Assembly (NCBI GenBank): GCA_902597795.1
Contig: CACJZA010000007.1
Coordinates: forward strand, 4,733 to 68,732
Direction: 5' to 3'
DNA length: 64,000 nucleotides
DNA from: an uncultured Alphaproteobacteria bacterium
Lineage (GTDB): Bacteria > Pseudomonadota > Alphaproteobacteria > HIMB59 > GCA-002718135
Shown here: positions 10,038-18,692 of the stretch, in pieces
Numbering within the stretch: the stretch's first letter is position 1
Layout of the letters: each line of letters begins with the position of its first letter
The notes under the pieces: model-generated
Seen by the model: the letters and a program-made list of their open reading frames with translations, nothing else
What the model was told of the DNA's origin: nothing
Databases searched by the model: none
Program-made: the position numbers and the translations under genes

Positions 10038-11597
10038 CTACTTTAAAGTAGCGTTAAATAGATCAACCTTTTCATCTCTACGTGGATTCCAGTTTACTCT
10101 GTTACTCACACCATAGAAGTCAGGTTGGAAATATAGATGTAACCATGGTCCTTCATTGTAAAAGACTTCAAGCATTCTATCAATTTCTCTACGAATAACA
10201 TATTCGTCATTAGTATTATTGATAACTTTCCATCCTTTAAACCATTCCTCATTCATCCATTTCGTATAGTTTGGACCTGAGTCAGGAGCTGATAAATCTG
10301 CCATATCATATAGCGGACTCCAAGTTGCTCCACCTGAACCAATGAAATACATAGGACCAGCTTTTTTCTCTTTTATAAGAGGTATGTAAACAGCTGACCA
10401 GTCTAATATTTCACAATTTGTTTTTACTCCAACATCATCCAAGTATTGGCAAATAGCTAAAACAACATTTTTGTCATTTAAGTATCTTCCCTCACCTGCT
10501 TGTAAAGTAATTTCAAATCTTACTCCATTGGCATCTCTAGGATATCCAGCTTGATCTAATAGATATTCAGCTATTTCTGGATCATATGGATAAGGTTCTA
10601 GATTTGGATGTGCATTGTTAGGATTAACAATACCCGTCATTCTTGTACAAGGAGCATTTAAAAGATTTTCACAAATTGCTGGAACGTTAACAGCATATTG
10701 TAAAGCTCTTCTAACTTCTGGTTTTTGAATTGCTGCTCCTCCAGGAGTAACTGCAAATTCTGGTCCTTGATGAAAACCAACATACATTCTTCTAGTTCCC
10801 TGAACTTTAGCAACTTTTGCAGTGCTAGAAGCATCAATTGCTTCTACCTGATCAGGTGATGCATTAGTTATCATATCTACATTTCCTGCAATTAATTCTG
10901 CAGTTCTTGTAGATGCTTCAGGAATAACTCTCCAAATAACATTTTCAAAATTTGTCGGTATAGGTGGATTAGCTGCTTTTTTTAGAACAATCTGACTACC
11001 TTTATCCCATTTAACAAATTCATAAGGTCCTGAACCTATTGGGTTTGACGCTGCTTCATCTTTAGACATTTTTTCATAAGAATCTTTACAATGTACGTAA
11101 ACTTCTGCAATCAAACCTAAAGCAATGTGATTAGGTCCGCCTAGTACAATAGTAACTTCTCTTTCACTGTCTGCTCTAGCTTCTTTAAAGTCTATAGATT
11201 TATAAACAAAACCTGCTGAGTTACCAGTAAACGCAAGATCTTCATCTGCTACTCTATTAAATGAATATGCAGCATCTTCTGCTGTTAGTGCCTCACCATC
11301 GTGACAAGTTAAACCTTCTTTTAATGTAAATGTATATTCTTTTCCATCATCAGAAATTTTATAACTCTCAGCTAAGTTAGGATCGATTGAACCTGTTTCA
11401 GAAACTGAATATAGTTGTCCAAAAATATGCTTCATTATATTTGCAGTATGTCTTGAACTAATTTGGGCAGGTTCCAAACCAATTGTATCTGTTGGCAATC
11501 CAACAACAAAAGTATCGTCTGGTGGAGCGGCTATTGTAAAAGTTGATGGAAATATCAAACCAAATACAACTGCTACTCCAGTTATTAATTTTTTCAT
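10038..11597 (-). CDS. ABC transporter substrate-binding protein, family 5 (peptide/opine/nickel type)
   Basis: 519 aa with a signal peptide (MKKLITGVAVVFGLIFPSTFTIAAP) and family-5 SBP architecture. A GGAGG Shine-Dalgarno lies at 11602..11606 (minus strand). Confidence 0.9.
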   Translation of the reverse strand: MKKLITGVAVVFGLIFPSTFTIAAPPDDTFVVGLPTDTIGLEPAQISSRHTANIMKHIFGQLYSVSETGSIDPNLAESYKISDDGKEYTFTLKEGLTCHDGEALTAEDAAYSFNRVADEDLAFTGNSAGFVYKSIDFKEARADSEREVTIVLGGPNHIALGLIAEVYVHCKDSYEKMSKDEAASNPIGSGPYEFVKWDKGSQIVLKKAANPPIPTNFENVIWRVIPEASTRTAELIAGNVDMITNASPDQVEAIDASSTAKVAKVQGTRRMYVGFHQGPEFAVTPGGAAIQKPEVRRALQYAVNVPAICENLLNAPCTRMTGIVNPNNAHPNLEPYPYDPEIAEYLLDQAGYPRDANGVRFEITLQAGEGRYLNDKNVVLAICQYLDDVGVKTNCEILDWSAVYIPLIKEKKAGPMYFIGSGGATWSPLYDMADLSAPDSGPNYTKWMNEEWFKGWKVINNTNDEYVIRREIDRMLEVFYNEGPWLHLYFQPDFYGVSNRVNWNPRRDEKVDLFNATLK

Positions 11598-11733
11598 ACA
11601 ACCTCCATAAGAAAATATGATTAATGAAGGAATAAAAGAAATTTAGAATATTTGAAATAGTAAATAAGTCATATCAGTGATGACTATATGTCATGTATTA
11701 TTTAATAGTATTGCAAAAAATTATTAATAATTA

Positions 11734-12735
11734 TTAGCTTAATATCCTTACTTTTTTTTCAGTTTTAGAAGATTTTATACAAGCATCTACAACAGCTAAT
11801 GATTTTAAATGATCAGAGTTTATTTTGTAAATATCCTTTTTCTTTCGAAGAGAGTCTAAAAAATCATTTAATAATAGATTTGCATCGTCGAACCACATTT
11901 TTATTTTTTTAAGTTTGATTTTTTTTTCTACTTTAGATTTGAAATGTCTGTAATATAAGTCTTCAAATTGTTTTTTTTGAATTATTATTCCATTTTCACA
12001 ATCAGTTCTCCACTCAAAATTTAATGACTTAGAATTACTCTGCCAATTACCTACGTAATTTACTATTATTTTATTTTTTAATTCGAGTATTGCATTAACA
12101 TTTGTATCATCTTTATACATTGACCAAGGTGGATTTGACGTCGTGGCATATACGCTTTTTATTTCTGAATTGTATACATATCGTATTAAATCAAAATGAT
12201 GAATTGATTGCTCCCAAAGCATTGGTTGATCCATTAAAAGAGGGTATTTATTTAATCGCATAAGCTTTCCATCTCGCCATCTCTCATAAACAAATCGTGC
12301 AAAATTTGGTTTTCCGACTTTATTTAATTTAATTAATTTTATTTTTTCAATTGTTGAAGGAAGATATCGAAAATTTAAACCGACCATCATTAATAATTTA
12401 TTTCGGTTCATAAATCTCACTAATTTTTTTGCCTCATTAATATTAACAGCAAGTGGCTTTTCAACTAAAACAGGCAATTTATATTTTGCACAAACTTTTA
12501 AATCTTTCATTCTTGATGCCGGAGGTGTTGATAATACAATAAAATCTGGATTATTTTCAAAAATGGCATTTTCAATCTTTAAGTAAAAAGGAATTTTCTT
12601 TGAGTCTTTATTTTTGGTTTTTAAATTGATATCACATATTGCAACCAACTTAACATTTTTGTTTTTTTTTAAAATTTTAGACCAAATTTTACCTCTTGGG
12701 CCGTAGCCAACTAATACCACCTTATAAGTTTTCAT
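11734..12735 (-). CDS. Gfo/Idh/MocA-family oxidoreductase
   Basis: 333 aa with a Rossmann N-terminus (YKVVLVGYGPRGKIW) and an EKP motif (VEKPLAVN). Confidence 0.85.
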   Translation of the reverse strand: MKTYKVVLVGYGPRGKIWSKILKKNKNVKLVAICDINLKTKNKDSKKIPFYLKIENAIFENNPDFIVLSTPPASRMKDLKVCAKYKLPVLVEKPLAVNINEAKKLVRFMNRNKLLMMVGLNFRYLPSTIEKIKLIKLNKVGKPNFARFVYERWRDGKLMRLNKYPLLMDQPMLWEQSIHHFDLIRYVYNSEIKSVYATTSNPPWSMYKDDTNVNAILELKNKIIVNYVGNWQSNSKSLNFEWRTDCENGIIIQKKQFEDLYYRHFKSKVEKKIKLKKIKMWFDDANLLLNDFLDSLRKKKDIYKINSDHLKSLAVVDACIKSSKTEKKVRILS

Positions 12736-13606
12736 AATTTTTAATTAAGTTAAATGCTCTTTGGAAAGTAGTCCATTTTTTAAATAATATTTTATCAATA
12801 TAAATTGAATAACTCGCATTATTATTATTATTTTCTAATGAATTAATTAGTTTATTATTTTTAGATATTTTTTTCATTAAATAGATATCTTTATAACAAT
12901 AAGGAGATACTAAATTGAGTATCTTAAAATTTTGATTATTTATAATTATGCTATTTAAAGCTTTGGGTATATCTTTAACATATGTCCAATCTCTTAAGGT
13001 ATCAAAATTACTTGTTTTTAAGATTTTATTTTTTTTGTTATCATTAATCCATTTCTGAATTTGTGATACATTTAATCTACTCCATTTTATTTTCTCATGA
13101 CCGCTATAAATATTACCTATTCTCAATATAGTAAGTTTAATCTTATGTTTGTTACAAAAATCTTTTGATATTTTTTCACCTTTTAATTTTGATTTTGAAT
13201 AACTATCTTGTGCAGAAGTTTTTGATTTTTCATTATATTTGTATTTTGAGAATTTTCTATAAACAGAAGTTGAACTTATAAAAAAAAAATTTTTACAATT
13301 AAGTTGCTTAGCTAAAATTAATGCTTTCCTATTCAATTTCGTATTAACTTTAAATAAGTTTTTATTTTTATCTTTATATGTTTTAGTCAACGCACATGCA
13401 TGAATAAAAATGTCACAATTGTTAATATTAATCTTGTGTTTGTTAGATAATAAGTTTTCTTTAAGAAGAATTATTTTTTTATTTTTATTTATTTTATAAG
13501 AAAAATTTATATCATTTGCATAAATTTGATAATTTAATAATGAAAGTCCATTGACTAATTCAGATCCTAAAAAGCCTCCAGCGCCCGTGATATAAATTGA
13601 TTTAAT
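12722..13606 (-). CDS. NAD-dependent epimerase/dehydratase (extended SDR); start codon uncertain
   Basis: The track ORF starts at TTG 13390. My translation shows the same frame stays open to 13627 and encodes NIKSIYITGAGGFLGSELV...DIFIHACA (Rossmann GxxGxxG) with no ATG, GTG or TTG. The Y-x3-K motif (YSKSK) is present downstream. Confidence 0.6.
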   Translation of the reverse strand: MKSIYITGAGGFLGSELVNGLSLLNYQIYANDINFSYKINKNKKIILLKENLLSNKHKININNCDIFIHACALTKTYKDKNKNLFKVNTKLNRKALILAKQLNCKNFFFISSTSVYRKFSKYKYNEKSKTSAQDSYSKSKLKGEKISKDFCNKHKIKLTILRIGNIYSGHEKIKWSRLNVSQIQKWINDNKKNKILKTSNFDTLRDWTYVKDIPKALNSIIINNQNFKILNLVSPYCYKDIYLMKKISKNNKLINSLENNNNNASYSIYIDKILFKKWTTFQRAFNLIKNYENL

Positions 13607-13608
13607 AT

Positions 13609-14091
13609 TTATATTCCTTGATAAGATTTATATTTTTCTAATTCTTGATCTGTGTAAACTTGCATTAATTCTACTTCAATATTATCAACCTCATTATCTA
13701 AAAATGCAATAAAACCTTCAGGGTGAGGATGATTTCCAAGTACTTTACATGCCTTACATTCCCTAAGAGTAGCACCTTCGTCTGTCATTACCTTGATTGA
13801 CTCATCTAAATTTTTAACTACATAACAAATATGGTGCAAGCCACCTCTTCCTCTTTCTTTTATCCATTTATTAAATCTTCCATCAGGATCTTGTGATTGA
13901 CAGAGTTGATATTCTATATCTCCAATATTAAAAACAGCAACTCTTGTACGTGATTTTGGCATATCTTGAATTTCTATATCATTTGATACGCCCATAAATT
14001 TTTTATAATACTTTAGTGATTGTTCAATATCTTCTACAGCAAATGCCATGTGTTTTATTTCTAAAACCTCATTTTTTAATTTAGCATTCAT
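13609..14091 (-). CDS. VOC-superfamily protein (glyoxalase/methylmalonyl-CoA epimerase-like)
   Basis: 160 aa with IKHMAFAVEDIE and GLHHICYVV motifs. Roughly half of the residues match 42517..43008. Confidence 0.8.
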   Translation of the reverse strand: MNAKLKNEVLEIKHMAFAVEDIEQSLKYYKKFMGVSNDIEIQDMPKSRTRVAVFNIGDIEYQLCQSQDPDGRFNKWIKERGRGGLHHICYVVKNLDESIKVMTDEGATLRECKACKVLGNHPHPEGFIAFLDNEVDNIEVELMQVYTDQELEKYKSYQGI

Positions 14092-15251
14092 ATTGTTGAT
14101 ACAACTTTTTTTATTCTGGATACTGCTTCTTTAATTTTATTTGCTGGTTGAGTTAGAGAAAATCTTACAAAATCATCACAGTGATCACCATATAAACCTC
14201 CAGGGTAAATTATAACTTTTCCCTCTTCCAATAATTTTATACAAAAATCTGTAGCATTCATGCCTGTTTTTGAAACATTGGCATATACGTAATATCCTCC
14301 TTGTGGTTCTGAATAAGGTATATTAATTTCATCAAGTCCATTGCATAATATTTCACATCTTTCCTGCATGATTTGCTGCATTTCTTTTACGCAATCCTGA
14401 GAACCCTTTAGAGCTGCAAGAGCTGCATGTTGACTAACTGCAGGAGCGCATATTGCAAATCCATGATGAATCTCACCTAAATGAGTTATCAAATTTTTTG
14501 GTGCAGCAAAATATCCTACTCTCCATCCGGTCATACAATATGATTTTGAAAATCCATTTAAAGTTATAGTTCTTTCAAACATTTCTGGTAAAGCTGCAAC
14601 AGGTTGTGCTGTATGATTTCCAAAAGTAAGACGAGAATAGATCTCATCAGATATTACTATAAGATCATGTTTTATTGCTAACTGTGATAATTTAAGTACT
14701 TCTTCATAAGGTGTAACTGCACCTGTTGGATTGCAAGGATTGATAATAACCATAATTTTTGTTTTATCAGTTATTAAGGGTTCAACAGCTTCAGCAGTCA
14801 TTGCAAAATTATTATCAATATAAGTTTTAACCATAACTGGCTTCGCTTCTGCTAATTCAGCTGCCTGAAAATATGGATTGTAGCCAGGAGCTACAGCAAT
14901 CATTTCGTCACCAGCATTTAATATACCTAAAGCAATTGCAAACATTGCTTCCTGACCTCCAGCTGTAACAACTATTTCGTCATCGTTATATTTTGCTCCT
15001 CCATTCTTTAATATATCGTTACAAATTTCATTTCTTAATTCTGGCATACCCATAGGATGTGTATAATGTGTTGCTCCATTGTTTAGAGCATTTATACCTG
15101 CATCTATGATATGTCTTGGTGTATCTAAGTCAGTATCACCTCTTCCCATTGCAATTACATCATCTAATTTTTGTTGAATATTCCACATTTTTGTTACAAT
15201 ATTAGATTTATGATCTTTAATTCTTGAAGCGACAAAATTTTTCTTAATCAT
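14088..15251 (-). CDS. Class I/II PLP-dependent aminotransferase
   Basis: 387 aa with NPCNPTG and the SKSY lysine motif (NGFSKSYCMTGWRVGY). Paralogue of 22170..23327. Confidence 0.9.
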   Translation of the reverse strand: MIKKNFVASRIKDHKSNIVTKMWNIQQKLDDVIAMGRGDTDLDTPRHIIDAGINALNNGATHYTHPMGMPELRNEICNDILKNGGAKYNDDEIVVTAGGQEAMFAIALGILNAGDEMIAVAPGYNPYFQAAELAEAKPVMVKTYIDNNFAMTAEAVEPLITDKTKIMVIINPCNPTGAVTPYEEVLKLSQLAIKHDLIVISDEIYSRLTFGNHTAQPVAALPEMFERTITLNGFSKSYCMTGWRVGYFAAPKNLITHLGEIHHGFAICAPAVSQHAALAALKGSQDCVKEMQQIMQERCEILCNGLDEINIPYSEPQGGYYVYANVSKTGMNATDFCIKLLEEGKVIIYPGGLYGDHCDDFVRFSLTQPANKIKEAVSRIKKVVSTI

Positions 15252-16785
15252 TAAATTTTACTCCATAAACTTGGCTGGCCTTGCCTTTAAGATAATTTAT
15301 ATAAGGTAAAGGATTTAGAGTTTCTCCAGTCGACCTTTCTAATAATTCGTTTCTTGTGTATCGTCTTCCATGAGTATGAATGTTTGATCTTAACCAATTG
15401 AGTAGTGGCTCATAATTAGCTTGATTAATATCATTTTGTATTTCTGGGTTTGTTTTTTTCATTGTTTCCATTAGCTGAGCAGCCATTACATTTCCAATTG
15501 TATAATTACAAAAAGTTCCAAATTGACCACCTGACCAATGAATATCTTGTAAGACACCTTGACTGTCATCAGGTACTTCGAGATCTAAATATTGTTTTAT
15601 TTGTTCATTCCAAACAATTGGTAAATCTGCTACTTTTAAACTTTTATCAATTAGCATACTTTCTATATCAACTCTTAACATGATATGAAAATCGTACGTA
15701 GATTCATCAGACTCTACTCTTATAAGACTTGGCTCAACTACATTTACTGCTCTAAAAAAATCTTCAGGAGAAACATTTTTTAATGCTTCAGGAAAGCAAT
15801 CTTTTAAATCACCAAAGTGGTTTTCCCAAAAAATTTTGCTTCTACCAATATGATTTTCATATAATCTTGACTGTGACTCGTGAGCACCAAAACTAACTCC
15901 ACCAACAGCATAAAAGCTTAAAAAATCTGTTGTCATTGCTGAGCGAGTGTATTTTTCATTAATATTTTGTTCATAAATTCCGTGACCTGCTTCATGTAAA
16001 GTACCAAATAAAGATGGATTTATAAAATCTTCATAATATCTTGTGGTAATTCTTACATCATCTCTAGTAAAAGAAATTTCGAAAGGATGAACAGTGCTAT
16101 CTAATCTTCCCCTGTCAAAATCATATCCAAACTTACTTGCAATTTTTGTAGAGAACTCAATTTGTTTTTCTACAGAATAATTTTTATATAAAAAACTTTT
16201 ATTTGGTTTTTCTACTTTTGAGGTTTCTTTAAGTATTTCTCCAAGGCCTGATTTTAATACATCAAATAATTTTTTAAGTGATTTTACAGACTCACCTGGT
16301 TCAAATCTTTGCATCAATGCATCGTATGGATGTTCTTTAAAACCGATACAGTGAGCTTGCTCAATTGCTATATCAACTTGCTCCTGTAAGAGTGGTTTAA
16401 AAATGCTAAAATCTTTTTTTTCTCTTGCTTCAGCCCAAGCATTATGGGCTAAAGGTTCAATTTCAGCTTTTCTAACTTGAATTTTTTCTGGTATTTTATC
16501 ATGATACTCAATAGCCTCACCTAAATGTTTAAGTGTTTTTCTTTCAAAAGTATCATCATTTAAATTATGAGTTTCATTATCAGATTCATCAAATAATTTT
16601 CTCATTTTTGAAGATAGTAATATTTCTCTTGCTACAGATGTAAGACTTCCTATCTGTGAACCTCTTCCAGATGCTCCTTTTTTTGGCATTTTAGTTCTAG
16701 AATCCCAAATCAAAATATTCATAGTGTTTAAGACATCATTAAATTTTTTTATTTCATTATTTAAATTTTCAAATGAAGTTCCCAT
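15244..16785 (-). CDS. M32 carboxypeptidase (Taq-type thermostable carboxypeptidase family)
   Basis: 513 aa with HEAGHGIYE (HExxH), HESQSRLYEN and IRVESDE motifs. Confidence 0.9.
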   Translation of the reverse strand: MGTSFENLNNEIKKFNDVLNTMNILIWDSRTKMPKKGASGRGSQIGSLTSVAREILLSSKMRKLFDESDNETHNLNDDTFERKTLKHLGEAIEYHDKIPEKIQVRKAEIEPLAHNAWAEAREKKDFSIFKPLLQEQVDIAIEQAHCIGFKEHPYDALMQRFEPGESVKSLKKLFDVLKSGLGEILKETSKVEKPNKSFLYKNYSVEKQIEFSTKIASKFGYDFDRGRLDSTVHPFEISFTRDDVRITTRYYEDFINPSLFGTLHEAGHGIYEQNINEKYTRSAMTTDFLSFYAVGGVSFGAHESQSRLYENHIGRSKIFWENHFGDLKDCFPEALKNVSPEDFFRAVNVVEPSLIRVESDESTYDFHIMLRVDIESMLIDKSLKVADLPIVWNEQIKQYLDLEVPDDSQGVLQDIHWSGGQFGTFCNYTIGNVMAAQLMETMKKTNPEIQNDINQANYEPLLNWLRSNIHTHGRRYTRNELLERSTGETLNPLPYINYLKGKASQVYGVKFND

Positions 16786-16886
16786 AAAATCGTATCTAAA
16801 TTGTTTTTATAATTTAAGAAATAGATAATTTATCATTTTGGTGGTGATTATTTTGCAATATACGAGTATTTTTTAGATTACATTTT

Positions 16887-16908
16887 ATCAACACTGTAAT
16901 GACAATTT
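16887..16908 (+). promoter_or_regulatory. Candidate operator shared with the LysR divergent promoter
   Basis: ATCAAcactGTAATGACAATTT matches 43054..43075 (ATCAAttttGTGATGACAATTT) at 18 of 22 positions with identical spacing. It lies about 40 nt upstream of the GTG start at 16950. Confidence 0.4.
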
Positions 16909-16949
16909 TGTTATTCTTTATTTAAATTAAACAAGATATTTCTCTCAAT

Positions 16950-17813
16950 GTGATTTCAAATTTAAAAACTAATGAGAAAAATTTAATAAAAATGTCAATT
17001 GGGGGTTTTGCTACGCAACCCTCTTTTAAAAATCCTGGATATATTCCAAATAATGATGGACAGGCTGTGATTTATCCAGGAATGTTTGGTGTAGTAAATA
17101 ATATTAAAGTAGGAGATAATGCATTTGGTTGGGCTGGAGATCACGTTGAACCAGGTGTATCGATAGACTCTGAAAATCCTAATGAGCATTTTGCTTTGCA
17201 TTATTTGGTATGCACTGGCAATAAGGCTATAGTTAGATCGGGTGAAGCTAAAGGTGCAATTGGCATAGTCACTGGGGAACATGCAAGAAATTTAATTCAT
17301 TTCGAAAATAAAATTCTAGATAAGATTTGCATAGGTGATCAAATTGATATCATAACTCATGGTAGAGGATTAAAATTATTAGATTTTCCAAATATTGAAA
17401 TTAAAAAAATTGACCCAAAACTTTTAAAATCTTTATTTTTAAAAATAGTTAAAAAAAAACTAATAGTTGATGTCGCAATCGAATTACCAATACGTATTAT
17501 GGGATCTGGAGCAGAGTTGAATTCTGAATACGTAGATCAAGATCTGATGTCTGGTGATCGAGCCTTAATGAAAAAATTAAAAATTGATCAAATGAAACTT
17601 GGTGATTTAATCGCTATAAATCATGCTGATCACAGGTGGGGCAGATCATATAAAAAAGATTATGTTAGTATAGCAATTTGCATTCATGGAGATTCTGTAA
17701 TGTCAGGTCACGGTCCTGGAATTATGACTATAATGACAGGCAAAAAAAAAGATTTAAGTTGGAAAATTAATAAAAAAGCAAACATTAAAAATTTATTAAA
17801 AATAAAAATATGA
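16950..17813 (+). CDS. Conserved protein of unknown function, paralogue 1 of a tandem pair
   Basis: 287 aa. The GTG start is supported by N-terminal similarity to paralogue 2 (TNEKNLIKMSIGGFATQPSF vs TNENLLVNVSVMGSVCQPNF). Shared motifs: VGDxAFGW...PGVSI, GNxAI..GEAK, IHFE, LGD, G(H/Y)GPG. From memory it may correspond to a ~290-aa DUF family (DUF4438?); unverified. Confidence 0.75.
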   Translation: MISNLKTNEKNLIKMSIGGFATQPSFKNPGYIPNNDGQAVIYPGMFGVVNNIKVGDNAFGWAGDHVEPGVSIDSENPNEHFALHYLVCTGNKAIVRSGEAKGAIGIVTGEHARNLIHFENKILDKICIGDQIDIITHGRGLKLLDFPNIEIKKIDPKLLKSLFLKIVKKKLIVDVAIELPIRIMGSGAELNSEYVDQDLMSGDRALMKKLKIDQMKLGDLIAINHADHRWGRSYKKDYVSIAICIHGDSVMSGHGPGIMTIMTGKKKDLSWKINKKANIKNLLKIKI

Positions 17814-18688
17814 AGATAGAAACTAACGAAAATTTATTAGTTAATGTCAGTGTAATGGGATCTGTGTGTCAACCAAATTTCCAAGGGTTGCCTGCTGAAC
17901 CATACCGCTTAGACTCTGACGGTATTCCTTTTCTTTTACCTACATGGGGATCCATAGTTCATAATGTATCTGTTGGCGATTCTGCATTTGGTTGGGAAGC
18001 TGATTGTATTCATCCAGGTGTTTCTATTAAATATCCTAGTGAAGGAGGTAATAGAGGTTTAAATATTTTATCATGTGTTGGTAATGAAGCAATTATAATG
18101 AATGGTGAAGCTAAAAATTCAGTTGGGTTCGTATCTGGCAAGTCTGGTAGATTCTCTGAACAAATAATTATACATTTCGAAAAGAAAGTAAGGGAAAGGA
18201 TTTCAATTAATGATAAAATTTTAATAAAGTCATTGGGCGTAGGTTTAAAAATAAAAAATTTTGAAAATATTTTCTGCAAAAGTTTATCACCTCAAATTTT
18301 TAATAAAATGAATATCAAGATTAAAAATAAAAAACTAAACATACCAGTCACACACATCATACCAGAGCACTTAGTTGGAGCTGGCTCAGGATTAACAAGT
18401 GAATCAGGATCTTTACACATTCAAACAACAGATCTAAATGAAATGAAAAAGTATAAACTTAATAATTTGCGTTTGGGTGACTTTGTATACGTAGAAAATT
18501 ATGATAGCAGTTATCAACATGGTTTCTTAAGAAAAGCTTGGTCAATAGGTATTGTAGGTCAAACTAATGGTCCAAGAGCAGGTTATGGACCGGGTCTTAC
18601 TATATTAATGTCATCAAAAACAAATGATGGAATTCCAAAATTAAACAGTAACGCAAATATTGTAAATTATTTAAAATTTAAAAAATAA
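17810..18688 (+). CDS. Conserved protein of unknown function, paralogue 2 of a tandem pair
   Basis: 292 aa. ATGA overlap with paralogue 1 (ATG 17810, TGA 17811..17813). By eye about 30% identical to paralogue 1 across the full length. Confidence 0.75.
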   Translation: MKIETNENLLVNVSVMGSVCQPNFQGLPAEPYRLDSDGIPFLLPTWGSIVHNVSVGDSAFGWEADCIHPGVSIKYPSEGGNRGLNILSCVGNEAIIMNGEAKNSVGFVSGKSGRFSEQIIIHFEKKVRERISINDKILIKSLGVGLKIKNFENIFCKSLSPQIFNKMNIKIKNKKLNIPVTHIIPEHLVGAGSGLTSESGSLHIQTTDLNEMKKYKLNNLRLGDFVYVENYDSSYQHGFLRKAWSIGIVGQTNGPRAGYGPGLTILMSSKTNDGIPKLNSNANIVNYLKFKK

Positions 18689-18692
18689 TTTT

